A DNA stretch of 64,000 bases, from contig OZ025659.1 in NCBI GenBank assembly GCA_964019335.1, positions 248,001-312,000 on the forward strand, given 5' to 3'. The DNA comes from Diplonema japonicum (Eukaryota; Protista; Euglenozoa: Diplonemea). Shown piece by piece: positions 1 to 11,100 of the stretch. The notes under the pieces are model-generated. The model was not told the origin of the DNA. It saw only the letters and a list, made by a program, of their open reading frames with translations, and did not search any database. The position numbers and the translations under genes were made by a program. The stretch's first letter is position 1. Each line of letters opens with the position of its first letter.

Positions 1-1015
1 TATCGCGAGGAGAGCGGGCTTCATGTTTTTCCAGTAAGATTTTCAACTGTGGGAGTGAACAATATTTCACTTTATTTTTTCACGCTTCACTTTATTTTTC
101 ACGCTAGATTTCAAGCTTGTTTTAGGAGAAAAACAGGTATGTGCAGGAATGAAAAATTACTGAATATAAAGTACTTTATATTCACGCTAGCCCTATTCAC
201 TGTACAGCAAGGGTTCGGGGGTGCAAAAACCCAAGTTGTTACCACATAGACCCCTTGTCTTGGAAATCCCGGTTCGAATGCAATCTGGGAATCTCAAAAT
301 TTACGTCACTCAAGGAACAAAAGCACGTCGGGTCGCCTCTCTCAAGAAGAGGAGAGAGGTGAGCTTGGCAAGCCAGCAGCGGTGACAGCTGCTAGTGGGG
401 CAGCCTGCCAGCAATCCAGGCAGCAGCCACACACCGCTAGATTTCACACTTGTTTTATTAAAGAAAAACAGGTGCAGGAGTGAAAATTACGTTACGTGTA
501 CTTTGGATTCACGCTAGCCCTACAGCAGGAGGTTCTTTGACAATATGGGGCACAAACCGAAAGGGATGGGCAAAAAACCGAAAGCAGGTACGGCAAGGGA
601 AGGGTGAAAAAGGTGATGAAGACCTCCCTCCCAACAAAGAGCGGCGACGACTGCCAGTGGGGCACCGCCACCTTCCCCAAGCAAACACGCTAGAAATGAG
701 GGTAGTCTTACCCAGCATCTCGATCAGACACTAAATCACACCTCCGAGACCATGATGAACGGAACGAAGGTGAGGAGGGAGCTCTGTGCTGCCCCGGGTG
801 TGGGAAGAAAGTGCAAATGTGGTGCCCAGCTGGAAAAAAAGCTCGCAAGTTGCTTTTTTCATCCCCAGCCCCCAAAAGTCTCCAGACTGACCTCAATCCT
901 AGAGTTCAGGGCACCAAATAGGGCTGAATGTTGCCTTTTTTAGCCCAGCCATAACTCCACGGACCGACCCACAACCCCAAAATCGGAAGTAAAAAGTACA
1001 CCCTCAACCCCCCTT
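1..1015. mobile_element. Probable repeat/transposon remnant (left end outside window)
   Basis: Imperfect ~95-bp direct repeat at ~100-195 and ~435-525 (cgctagatttca...gaaaaacagg...ttcacgctagccct). The ttcacgcta motif recurs in the 20-bp tandem unit of the element at 58659-59376. No credible ORF. Confidence 0.35.
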
Positions 1016-1914
1016 GCACACATAATTAAGTGTTCTCATCTGATTACAAGCAAAAAAGAAAAACAAAAAAAAGAAACAAAAGGCGTCAAGAGGGGTAGGA
1101 AAAGGGAGTACGAAAAAGGGCAAAGGCGAGACAGGTGCATTACCTCACCACCAGCATCCATCCTTGCGTGTTATCGATACCAATAGGGGAAGAGGAAAAG
1201 AACTCACAGAAAAGGAGAAGAATAACGGAGAAAAAGCCTAGGAGCCAGAACGATTTGTTTTCCCCCTTTTTGGTTCCCTTCTGTGAGATTTCTTCTCGAA
1301 GCCTCTGGTTTCTTGTGCCCACGGAATGAGAATAAAGGGTAAGAGGAAACCCAGCCCTTTTTTTTTCTTCCTTTTTTTTTTTTTTTTCTTTTTTTTTTTT
1401 TCTCTTTTTTTCTTTCTCTGTGTACATAGAATTCTTGTCAAACAACATAGAAAGGGAAGAAGGAAGGAGTGTTAGGAAGGCCCGACCTCCATTCCTGAAG
1501 GTCTAGGGGTAGCAGCAGCCTTGTTCTTTCTGTTTCAATATTTTCCTCTCTTCCTTTATACTTTTCTTCTTCTTCTTTTTTTTTCCTCTTAATACTTTCA
1601 GGTTTCAAGATATAAAAAAAAAAAAACAAAAACAAAAAAACATGGGGAGGGGAGCGAGCCATTCCCAAATACTAAAGATTAGAAGCAAACTAAAATTTTA
1701 GGATTTATATTTCTCCACCTTTAGGTCAGTTGCTGCATCAGGGCAGGTTTTCGGTTAAAAGGAGAGTTTTTAACGAAAGAGCTCAGGGAAGAGATGGGTG
1801 TTGGCGAAACCGTCACAAAATAAGGAGAGAGAAAGAAAAAGAAGAAAAAGAAAGAAAAAGAAAGAAAGAAAAAAAAAAAGAAACAGATTTTTCTTTTTTT
1901 TTTCTTTTTCATTT

Positions 1915-2290
1915 TTAAACGCCCACTGATTTAGCCACCGCGTCAGTGATGGCTTTCATTGTGTTAATCCTAGTTTGGCCGCTCTTTTTGAAAAGAGATT
2001 TCTGAGACCCACTCCAGATCTTCTTGCCGTTGGCATCAGATACAGTTACTTGGAGAGGATAGTTGTTGGTCCCTTCGATTGAGATATTGGCATCGGGCAC
2101 AGCAGATTTGATGGCTTTTACAGCCGAATCACGCTCCTATTTTTTTTTTTTTTTTTTTTTTTTATAAAGATTTACAACATACCTGCCCGCCACCATCTCA
2201 GTTGTAGCAGTAGGTCAAAAGAAACGTTGCCCCAGTCCCACTAGCGGGCTTTTCAGCTTTCGAGGTCGACGTCGAGTTGCAACCACCCAT
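1915..2290 (-). CDS. Candidate selenoprotein, Rdx/SelW-like thioredoxin-type fold with CxxU, N-terminally acylated, 109 aa; intron 2137-2182
   Basis: ATG at 2290 gives MGGCNSTSTSKAEKPASGTGATFLLTYCYN-TGA(2200-2198)-DGGGQ. A GTATG..TAG 46-nt intron joins it in frame to ERDSAVKAIKSAVPDANISIEGTNNYPLQVTVSDANGKKIWSG...GV-TAA. Confidence 0.75.
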
Positions 2291-2530
2291 TTTTTTTTTC
2301 CCTCTTCAAGAAAAGAAACCTGTACGATTTTTTTTTTTTTTTAAATTATAATTTCTACCAAAAGAAACAAAAAAAAAAGTAAAATAAAAAAAAAGAAGAA
2401 GAAAATAGTAACAAAAAAAAAAGAAAAAAAAAAGAAAAAGTGTTGTGTGTGGGAAGAGATATCTAAAAAAAAAAGAAAAGAAAAAGAAGTTGCTCTAAAC
2501 AAAAACAAAAAAAAAAACTCTAACACGCCA

Positions 2531-5272
2531 TCAGTTGCCAACAACATAAGAGCTGTGCCTACCGATATTGAAGCTCGGGGACCTGCTTCGGGAACGGGCG
2601 TACGAGGGGGTGCACGGCGGGGTGACCGATCGATGAACAGAGGCCGAGACCGATCGCTGAACAGCCGTGTTTGGTGTCTTGGCAGGGCTGTACACAGCCT
2701 GCTGCGACCATCTAGCCAAAAGGATCAAGCTCGGAATATTATCCTGTATCTCTTGAACGGTGAGAAGCGAATTCTTTTGCGTGGTGCGCATCATGTCGTA
2801 GGCACAAACAAGCTCCCGAAGCGACCTCAACACTGTCATCCTCCCGTGTCGGGGAATACCTTCCAACTCTTCCGGACGTAAATGCCACGGCTCTCCAGGG
2901 TGAAAGCTCCTTTCCTTGATCCCCTCTGACAAGACTGCCTTCAACGCTTGATGGGCTATTTTGAATATCCCTTCCTTGTCTTTTGAATCCGTTATCTGCG
3001 CGATCTTCAAACCCATGGAGGGCGATGCATGGAGAACAGTTTCCCGAAGCTGGATCCACTCTTTTCCTAGATCGTAGTCGTACGCCCAATGGGCGATAGG
3101 AACCTGGCTCGGGGTTAGCGAAGCGGATCGACCTACCGAGGCTGAAGCTGACCTTTTCTGCGGGGTTTGATGATGTATGTTGTGAGCGTTCGACGACCAC
3201 ATGGAAAGGGGTTTTTTCCCGGGGCTTTTCGTGGGTTTGTTATGATTGTTTTCCGTCAAGGCCTTCGTGGGGGACTCGACCCATCGTCCTGTGGGCTCCT
3301 TCTCCTTCTCCTTTTTGTTGGTTGTCGCCATCGATGATCTCCTCACCTTGTTGTTCCCAATACTTTCGTGGATAGTGGTGTGGCGGGACCTTGCAGCCTT
3401 CACCATCCTGCTGATCAGCATCGGGTTGTTCACAACACCTGATCGTGCGTCCCCAGTGAAACTGCTCAGCCCTATCTTCCCTCCTGTTGTTTTCGGTTTT
3501 CTCTGAACGTTTGACGCTTGGCTCAGACTCCTTGCAGGCGACACAAATAAGTCCTTGAAGCTGTCCATTGTCTGTTCCCACAATGCGTCTTCTTTCATTT
3601 CAATAGATTTTCTGTAGTAGCCTTCATTGCGAGAGACGCCAACGAGGGCCTGTGTGTATCGTTGAGCTTCCATTCTGCATTTCTTGTGCTGACTTTCGAT
3701 GGTCTGCCGCAGGAGCCTTTGCGATAGCCTCGTAACAGAGCTTGCGGACTCGCCCGAGCGTAGAAGGGTTGCCCTCACTTCTTCTTCTAGTTCCATGATG
3801 AAGCTCCTTGTCCTCACCTCCTCGGCGCACAGCATGTCCATCATCTCAGTTACTAACAGCAAGTGGTCTAGATTCGCCTGTTTCACTGTCTTCTTAACTA
3901 TATCTGTTGCGATGGTTGTTCTTGCCAGTGCTTCCTGCTCTTCCAGATGTCGTCGGGCGGGGGATTCATCCGGGTGTACCTTGGGCAGTGTTTCTTGTGC
4001 GTGCTTAGCATGTTTTCCCGCGTTTAAGGACTCGAGGGTCATCCCCTGGAACGCCTCGTCTTCCATCTCTTCGTAGAAGGCTCGCCTGTCTTCCTCTTCG
4101 CTCACTAGTGTGTCCTGCTCGTGGCTCACGATCTCTTCCAGCACCATGGCAAGCTCCTTGTGTCGTGTCTGTGCCTTCACTGTCTCGTTCTGCGCTGTTT
4201 TGATCACCGTTGTCTGCAGTTCTGTCATCACTTTGCTGCGGATGACTGCCTCCTCACTCTCTACCTCTTCCCTTCCTTTCTCCTCGTTCTTAAGAAGCTC
4301 GTCGTGGCACTCGAGCAACCTCAACTCTTGCGACAGTGTCAACACAGGAGGTGAGCCGCACCCTGCGAACACAGACGGGGAGTACCGCCTGCCTTCGTAT
4401 ATACCGAGCTTTGTGCTGTGGACGCTCCCAACAGGAGTCTTGGGGGACAGCGAGGAGTGGCGGGAACCAGGACCATGCCCCATGACGATGGCGGTGAGGG
4501 GGTCTGCCGGGAGGGGTGTGACCCCCATGTCATGATAGCACACTGTGCACACCAGCTGCAGGTCGCCGCCGATGCCGCATTCGGTACATGTTTTGTCCAA
4601 GCAGTCCCTGGAGGGGGCAGGCACATGCTCGGGGGAAAGGTCGCATTGGGAAGAATTCTCGGCAGTCTTAACCCTCGTCTGTACGCCTTGGTCAGCGGTG
4701 TCACGTTGGTAGTCGTCCGTGTAGTACTGGATAACACGGGGAGCCTTGGGTGCGACCGTTTCGTTTAGTATAGGAGAACCAAGATACTCTGCTGTAGGAG
4801 GAGACGTGGGTGCTTTTAGCTGGGAGAGCTCTGCCTCAATCACAGCCATCTCTTCTGCTTTTGCCTTCAACTCGTTGCTGAGGTACAGCTCACGTGTCGT
4901 GAGCTCCTTGTGTTCCGCGTGCAGCTTCAGGAACTTGTGAAGGGTGCTGTCCTTTTCCTTCTTCATGTCGTCTACAGTCTCGGTTTGCTGCACGAGCTTC
5001 ATCTGCATCTGTTCTGTCTGATGAGTGGCTGCTTTCCGTTCCGCCTTCAACATCTGCAACAACTGCAGACCATAGGCCACCGAAGCGTCCCTTTCCTCCC
5101 CTACAACGCTCAGCTCGTCTAAGAAGTACGACCCGCTGCTGCGGCTTCTCTTATCGACCTTCTCCTTCACACGCACGGCCCTTCCCCTGCTGATTGCGAA
5201 GGGTGCCACCATGACATTTCTCCCAGGTGGCGTGACCCCCATTGGGGAACCATTGTAGTGCGGGGTGCTCAT
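2531..5272 (-). CDS. Hypothetical coiled-coil protein, 913 aa, with a small CxxC..CxxC motif and Ser/Arg-rich tail
   Basis: Long uninterrupted ORF; heptad-rich segments; CTECGIGGDLQLVCTVC. Confidence 0.8.
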   Translation of the reverse strand: MSTPHYNGSPMGVTPPGRNVMVAPFAISRGRAVRVKEKVDKRSRSSGSYFLDELSVVGEERDASVAYGLQLLQMLKAERKAATHQTEQMQMKLVQQTETVDDMKKEKDSTLHKFLKLHAEHKELTTRELYLSNELKAKAEEMAVIEAELSQLKAPTSPPTAEYLGSPILNETVAPKAPRVIQYYTDDYQRDTADQGVQTRVKTAENSSQCDLSPEHVPAPSRDCLDKTCTECGIGGDLQLVCTVCYHDMGVTPLPADPLTAIVMGHGPGSRHSSLSPKTPVGSVHSTKLGIYEGRRYSPSVFAGCGSPPVLTLSQELRLLECHDELLKNEEKGREEVESEEAVIRSKVMTELQTTVIKTAQNETVKAQTRHKELAMVLEEIVSHEQDTLVSEEEDRRAFYEEMEDEAFQGMTLESLNAGKHAKHAQETLPKVHPDESPARRHLEEQEALARTTIATDIVKKTVKQANLDHLLLVTEMMDMLCAEEVRTRSFIMELEEEVRATLLRSGESASSVTRLSQRLLRQTIESQHKKCRMEAQRYTQALVGVSRNEGYYRKSIEMKEDALWEQTMDSFKDLFVSPARSLSQASNVQRKPKTTGGKIGLSSFTGDARSGVVNNPMLISRMVKAARSRHTTIHESIGNNKVRRSSMATTNKKEKEKEPTGRWVESPTKALTENNHNKPTKSPGKKPLSMWSSNAHNIHHQTPQKRSASASVGRSASLTPSQVPIAHWAYDYDLGKEWIQLRETVLHASPSMGLKIAQITDSKDKEGIFKIAHQALKAVLSEGIKERSFHPGEPWHLRPEELEGIPRHGRMTVLRSLRELVCAYDMMRTTQKNSLLTVQEIQDNIPSLILLARWSQQAVYSPAKTPNTAVQRSVSASVHRSVTPPCTPSYARSRSRSPSFNIGRHSSYVVGN

Positions 5273-5388
5273 TCCCCTCCCCGCCTGTGTTGAGAATCAT
5301 ATAAAAAACAGGTTTGCTGCGGGAAAACAAAAAAAAGAACATTTTTTATTACGAGAAAAAAAAACTTAACGTAAGGATAGGTTTTGTT

Positions 5389-7085
5389 TCACACCAGCTG
5401 CTTCTCTTTGCAGACGCGGAGAAGCTTTTCTTGTGCAGTAACGACAGAGCGGAGGTGCGTGATGCCCTTCTGGAGTTCGAGCTGGTCGGAGCTTGTGACG
5501 ATCCCGCTAGCTTGCCCGTGGTACATTCCGAGCAGCACAAAGAGTGTTATGAGGACAAGAATCATGGCACGGGTGGTGTTCCAACCGCCTCCTGCAATAT
5601 GTCTCGACTGCTTCATGGGGATGGTGTCTGCAGCAGACTTCAGAATGTCAACAACGGTAGGGCTGCCGGAACGAGTGGCGATCGATCTGCTGCGCTGTCC
5701 CCTTGCAGGGTTCACGGAATGGGACCGGGTGCGTTCGGGAGCGTCGCTGCGCTCTGCAGCCCGCAGCCTTGCAGACACGTCGTCCTTTTGTTTGACAAGT
5801 TCCAGTACTTTCTTGTCAGCAGCGTCTAATCGTTGTTTGAGGTAGCTTAGTTCCTCTTCCTTGGTATCCATTTTCTGCTGGGCTTCTTTTTCGCCACCCG
5901 CTGTCATCATAAGCTCGCTTTTCAGTTTGTCCATGTTGAATCTTAAGTCCTTCGCGGTCTGTTCTTGGTTCCGAATGTTCCACTCCAGCTCCTGGCACCG
6001 CTGTTCTTTCTTGCGGATCTCCTCCTTGGCTTCTTCGAGCTCTTTGGCGAGGCCGCTCGCGCGTTCGGCGAGCTTTCGTTTCTCATGGTCGGCCGCCGTG
6101 AGATCTTCGTTCTTGCATTCCATTGTCGTTTGCATGGAGATTGTTTGCGATTCTAATGCTTGCAGCCTTGCTCGGGATTCTTCATTGTAGACATATAATT
6201 CGTTGAAAGCTTCGTCTTTCCTACGGTATTCATCTTTGGTGTCGTCAAGATGCTGCATTACCTGCTCAACGGATGCTTTTTCCGTTTCGAGTTGGTAGGT
6301 AAGCGTTCCTACCGTGCGTTCTAGATCCTCGATTTTGGTTTGTAAGGAGTGGACCTCGCGTTGCTTGTGGTTTTGCTGATCGCCGAGAGCCTCTACCCTT
6401 CTTTCTTGGGACGTGCGGGTGTCTTCGATTTCTTGTTCGTGTTGTTGCTGTCGGTGTTCGAGTGCCTCGATGGTGGTTCGTAGAGTTTTGAGGACTTCTT
6501 GGTGTTTACCGTCTTTTGAGGTCTCTTCCTTCTCGTAGGTTCGTAGCTTAGTATTGCGTTCTTCAACAGCTTGTGTGAGCTCGTTGATGGATTGTTCCTT
6601 TTGTAGCATCTCCCATTGGAGGTCCTCGAGTTCTTTCATGCTTTTCTGCTGTTCGTTTGTCAGGGTTTCTATTCTTTCTTGAAGTTGGGTGTCGCTTTCG
6701 GCTTCTCCGGATGTTATGTGTCTTCCTTGGGTTTGTAGGTCTTCTATTTCTTGTCTGGCTTTTTCTTGGTTCACCTTTGGGGTTTTTTTTTGTTTTTGTT
6801 TTTGTCTGGGTACCTCTGTTCGTTTCTTCCATGCTTCCATTCTGCTGCGCATGGACTCGAGCTTAGCTTTGTTGTCGGCTTCGGAGATTTCTCGTGCGAG
6901 TTCGAGCTCGTTGCATTTACTTTGTAGTGTTGAAACTTCGTCGTCGGCGGCTTGGTTTCGCTCTTTGAGAAGGTCGATCTGCCGCTGCAGGCCTGTTTTT
7001 TCTTTTTTTTTTTTTTTCAATATTGGGATACCTGATGTATACACCTCGTCCATGTGTTCCGCGCCAGACGCCTGCTGGAGTTCCT

Positions 7086-7116
<31 letters not shown>

Positions 7117-7416
7117 GTATACTTTGTTCGCCAGCATTTCTTGTTTCAGCGTCTGCTTGGTTGTCTTCAACTCCTTTTCGGTCTTCGCCTTGTAGTCTTC
7201 ATATTCATTGCGAAGCTTTCCCGTCTCCATCAGCAGGGCTTGGTACTCTTGGTTTTTCTTCTTCAGCATCTCCTGTGACTTTGCGACAATCTCGTCGATT
7301 TTCTTATCCGCCGCCTTTGGCTCCCCAGCATCTGTTTTTTCCTCTATTTGCTCCAGCAGCTCAGCCTCTTCTGAGATGTCAATCATTCTCTTGAAGTCAT
7401 TGAGAAGGTTCGCCAT
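5389..7416 (-). CDS. Golgin-like long coiled-coil protein with C-terminal TM helix (~636 aa); introns 7084-7122, 6993-7031, 6775-6813
   Basis: Continuous coiled coil followed by hydrophobic MILVLITLFVLLGMY. The three Lys-rich inserts in the ORF are each bounded by GT..AG and exactly 39 nt long. Confidence 0.75.
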
Positions 7417-8027
7417 GTTAGGACTACTATTTTCCCCCTACTCCCCTTCTTGTTTTTTTTTTTTTTTTTTTTTTTTTTTTTGTTGTTGAAAAACCTGAAG
7501 AGAAAAAGAAGAAGAAGAAAAAAAACGATGATGTTCTCCTTCGTTTTCCCTCCCTATTATATTTTTTTTTTTTCTTTCTGTGATCAAAGAGAATTGTTAG
7601 CAAACGATTCGTCAGAAAAGAAAAAGAGAAAGACGAAGAGGGGGAAGGCCCCCGTTGATTCTTCATAGGGTACGTAATAAAGGGGTGGGGTTAAACCTTA
7701 TGATACTTGCCTGGAATTCGTTTTTTTTACCTTTTCCTTTTTTTAAGATTTTCCCCCTTCCTCTCACTTAAAGGACAGGTATTTGAGTAGAGAAGAAGGA
7801 AGAACGTAAAAGGAAAAAAGAGAAATAAAATACTGCAAACCTCATACTTTTATGCCCCGGGGAAAAAAAGGGGGTACTACTCAGAGGTCACCAGCGCTGG
7901 GATGGAGAAAAAAAATACACTATGATAGGAACGAAGTGGTTAGCAACGGCCCGCCGAAGAAAGGTGACTCATAGCACCCCGGGGGGGGGGGGAAGAGGAC
8001 ACGTTTTGGTTCAAATAGTCCTCCTGC

Positions 8028-9426
8028 TTACAACTTGTCGTAGTAGTTCTCGAGGCCAGCAACCTCAGGCTTGAGCCCCTTCCTGATACGGGTCTTGGTC
8101 ACAAGGTCGGAGGCAAGGTTACCCGCCTCAAGCGGGTTACCGGGGAAGGACTGCCAGTGGTCGAACACGCACTGGGGGAAGGCCTGTTGAGTGGGTTTTT
8201 TTTATTTTTTATTTTTTTTTTGACAACATACCTGTCCACCAGTGTTGGACCTGAGGTCAGCGGTGAACCCGAAGGACTCGGCGACAGGGAGGTAGGCACG
8301 GACCTGTATTATTATTATTATTATTATTATTCTTTCTTTTTTTTTTTTTTTTCCTTTTTTTGTTAAAAAAACACACGTTGTAGATGGGAGTCCCTGGCCT
8401 GTTCTCCTCACCAAGCATGATACCCCTCCTCTTGTTGAGGACACCGTAGATCCCTCCCATGGCGTGCTCGACGGTCTGGATGTCGACAAGGAAGACGGGC
8501 TCCATGAGACCGGGCTTGGCGGTGAGGATGCAGGCGTAGTAGTTACGGCGGGCGGTAGGGATGACCTGACCACCACCTCTGTGGATCGCGTCCGCGTGCA
8601 TCGTCATGTCCTCGATGTTGATCCTCACCCCACGCATCGTCTCCTCGCAGAGCACACCCTCCTTTGTCGCCCAGTTCCACGCCGCCACGAACGAGTCCTT
8701 CACCTCGTTCATGTTCTGCACACCCTTCGTCACATCCACCACGATGTTCGGGCCCGCACCGTCCGGACCGAAGCACCAGATCTTCCTCGCCTCCGCGACG
8801 TCCCAGTCGAACTCGTCCGCGAGCACACGCGCCCTGATCTTCACGTCAGCCTCAGCGTGCACGTTCTTGTCCTTGTCATCGATGTTCTGGCACAGCTCGT
8901 CCCCGAGAGGCGCTCCCCTCGCGAAGATCCTGTTGTGCTTGTTCGGCGACTTCGACAGGCACTGACGGTCGCTCTCATCTGTCACCGTCTCACGGAACGA
9001 CACCACAGGCTCAGAGATCTTCAACTTCGCTCCTGCCATGTAGTCCTCCTGAAGATCCTTCAAACAGATCTCCAAGTGGAGCTCTCCTGCTCCTGCGATG
9101 ATGTGCTCTCCTGATTCTTCGATCGAGCACTGCACGAGGGGGTCGGACCTGAGAGAGAGAGAGAAAAAAAAAAGATTTTATTTTATTTTATTTTATTTTA
9201 TTTTATTTTTTTTTTTCTTCTTCTTTTTCTTCTTAACATACTTCGACAGACGCTTCAGACCCTCAACCAACTTGGGGAGGTCAGCAGGGGAAGCGCACTC
9301 CACAGCGACACGCACAACAGGCGACACACTGTACTTCATGTCACGGAGCGGGTAGCAGTCCGCGCAGGACTCGTCCGTAAGGGTCGCGGTCTTCACGATG
9401 AAGTTGTCCACACCTGTGTGTAGAAG

Positions 9427-9472
<46 letters not shown>

Positions 9473-11100
9473 CTTTTTCTTTTTTCTTTTTCTTTTTCTT
9501 TTTCTTTTTTCTTTTTCTTTTATTTTCTTTTTTATACACACCAACAAGACCAACAACGTTACCACAGGGAATGTCCTCAACAGCCTCCTGGTAACGACCC
9601 ATCATGAGAACGGTACGCTGGATGTTCTTGATAGACATGTCCTTCTTCGTCCCGTACTCGTAGTTGGGGCCCATGATCCTGGCCTTCTGTCCCTGCCTCA
9701 CCTTCCCAGAGAAGACACGACCGAAGGCAATGAACCTCCCCTTGTCAGAGGCGGGAACCATCTTCGAGACGTACATGACGAGGGGTGCGGCGGGGTCGCA
9801 GTTCTTCAATCCCTGGAAGTACTTGTCGTTGTTGGGGATGAAGGATCCGTCCTCCTGCTCCGTCAGCCCCATGTAGAGCTGGTCCGCCCTGTAGGCCTGG
9901 GCCTGCTTCGGGGAGGGAAGCTTGGTGACGATCATCTGCAGGAGGGCGTCCGAGGCGGGGAGGAACTTCTGCATGATGCACTTCAGAAGCCTCTTCTGGG
10001 TGAGCTCCTTCTCATCTCCCTTCAGCGTAATGTTCAGAGCCTTCATCATCTTCTCCATCTTGTCCTTCTTCTCGTTCATCACAGCGTCGAACAAGTTCTT
10101 GATCGGCTCCATGCAGAACTGGCAGAAGGCCCTCTGACCCCCCGCAACAGCCTCAGAGGTCCACTTCTTCCTCTTCCCGTCGAAGTAGGAGTCTCCCCAC
10201 AACCTCTTCACCATCTTGTCCTCGTCGATCCCGAACTTCACCGCGTACATCTTCGCGAACTTGTTCAGGGTGAAGGCCCACGAGTGGAGACCAGACCCGA
10301 ACCCGACCGTCCCGGCCTCCGGGTACACCTGCACGTCCCCGAGGTGCTCGTCGTTGTAGGTCGCGATCACCACGTTCACCGTCTGGATCGTCCTGAAGAA
10401 GGACTGGTACGCCTCCTCGGGGTCCAGCTGAAGCTCCAAGAGCGCACGGTCCACCTTGTTCACCATCACCACCGGCTTGATCCTCTCAGAGAGCGCCTGC
10501 CTCAGCACAGTCTCCGTCTGCACGCACACTCCCTCCACGCAGTCCACCACCACGAGTGCCCCGTCCGTCACTCGCAGAGCCGCCGTCACCTCAGACGAGA
10601 AGTCAACGTGCCCCGGGGAGTCGATCAGGTTGATCAAGAAGTCCCTCTTGTCGTTCCCGGTCAGCTTCATGAGCTGCTCGTCCGACACCAGCCTCTTCTC
10701 CACGTTGTAGTACAGAGAGATCGACGTCGACTTGATCGTGATGCAACGCTCCTGTTGTTTTTGTTTTGTTTTGTTTTGTTTTGTTTTGTTTTGGTGTTGT
10801 TTTTTTTTTTTTTTTTTTTCCTTCCTTCTTTTCTATTCTATTTTCTTCTTTTCATACCTGCTCGTCCGCACGGGTGTCCGTCAGACGCGCGTCACCGGCC
10901 TTCGCCATGGCAATGATACCGGCAGCCGCAACAAGGGAGTCGGTCAGGGTCGACTTCCCGTGGTCCACGTGCGCAATCACAGACCTTTTTTTTTTCTTTT
11001 TTTTTCCCATCCCCTTTTTTTTCTATGTGTCATACATGTTACGGATCTGCGTCGGGTGGTCCATGATGGCACGCACCTCGCCTACTGTGAAGTTCACCAT
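8028..11100 (-). CDS. EEF2: Translation elongation factor 2, copy 1 (857 aa); introns 10985-11035, 10752-10857, 9414-9541, 9149-9241, 8304-8376, 8184-8231
   Basis: [34 protein letters not shown], diphthamide loop [21 protein letters not shown], ends YYDKL-TAA. Removing six GT-AG introns gives a 2574-nt frame. Confidence 0.97.
9427..9471. repeat. (CAA/TTG)n microsatellite in eEF2 intron 3
   Basis: About 14 units here versus about 8 in the paralogous intron near 47616-47644. Confidence 0.9.

Noticed and set aside
1735-1820. Box C/D snoRNA (GUGACG...CUGA...CUGA on the minus strand)
   Set aside because: Box C has two mismatches, there is no terminal stem and no rRNA target was recognised.
2198-2200. 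Genome-wide reassignment of TGA to an amino acid
   Set aside because: TGA ends other genes (2531, 23865 right after CaaX, 37999) and no other in-frame TGA was seen in conserved genes.
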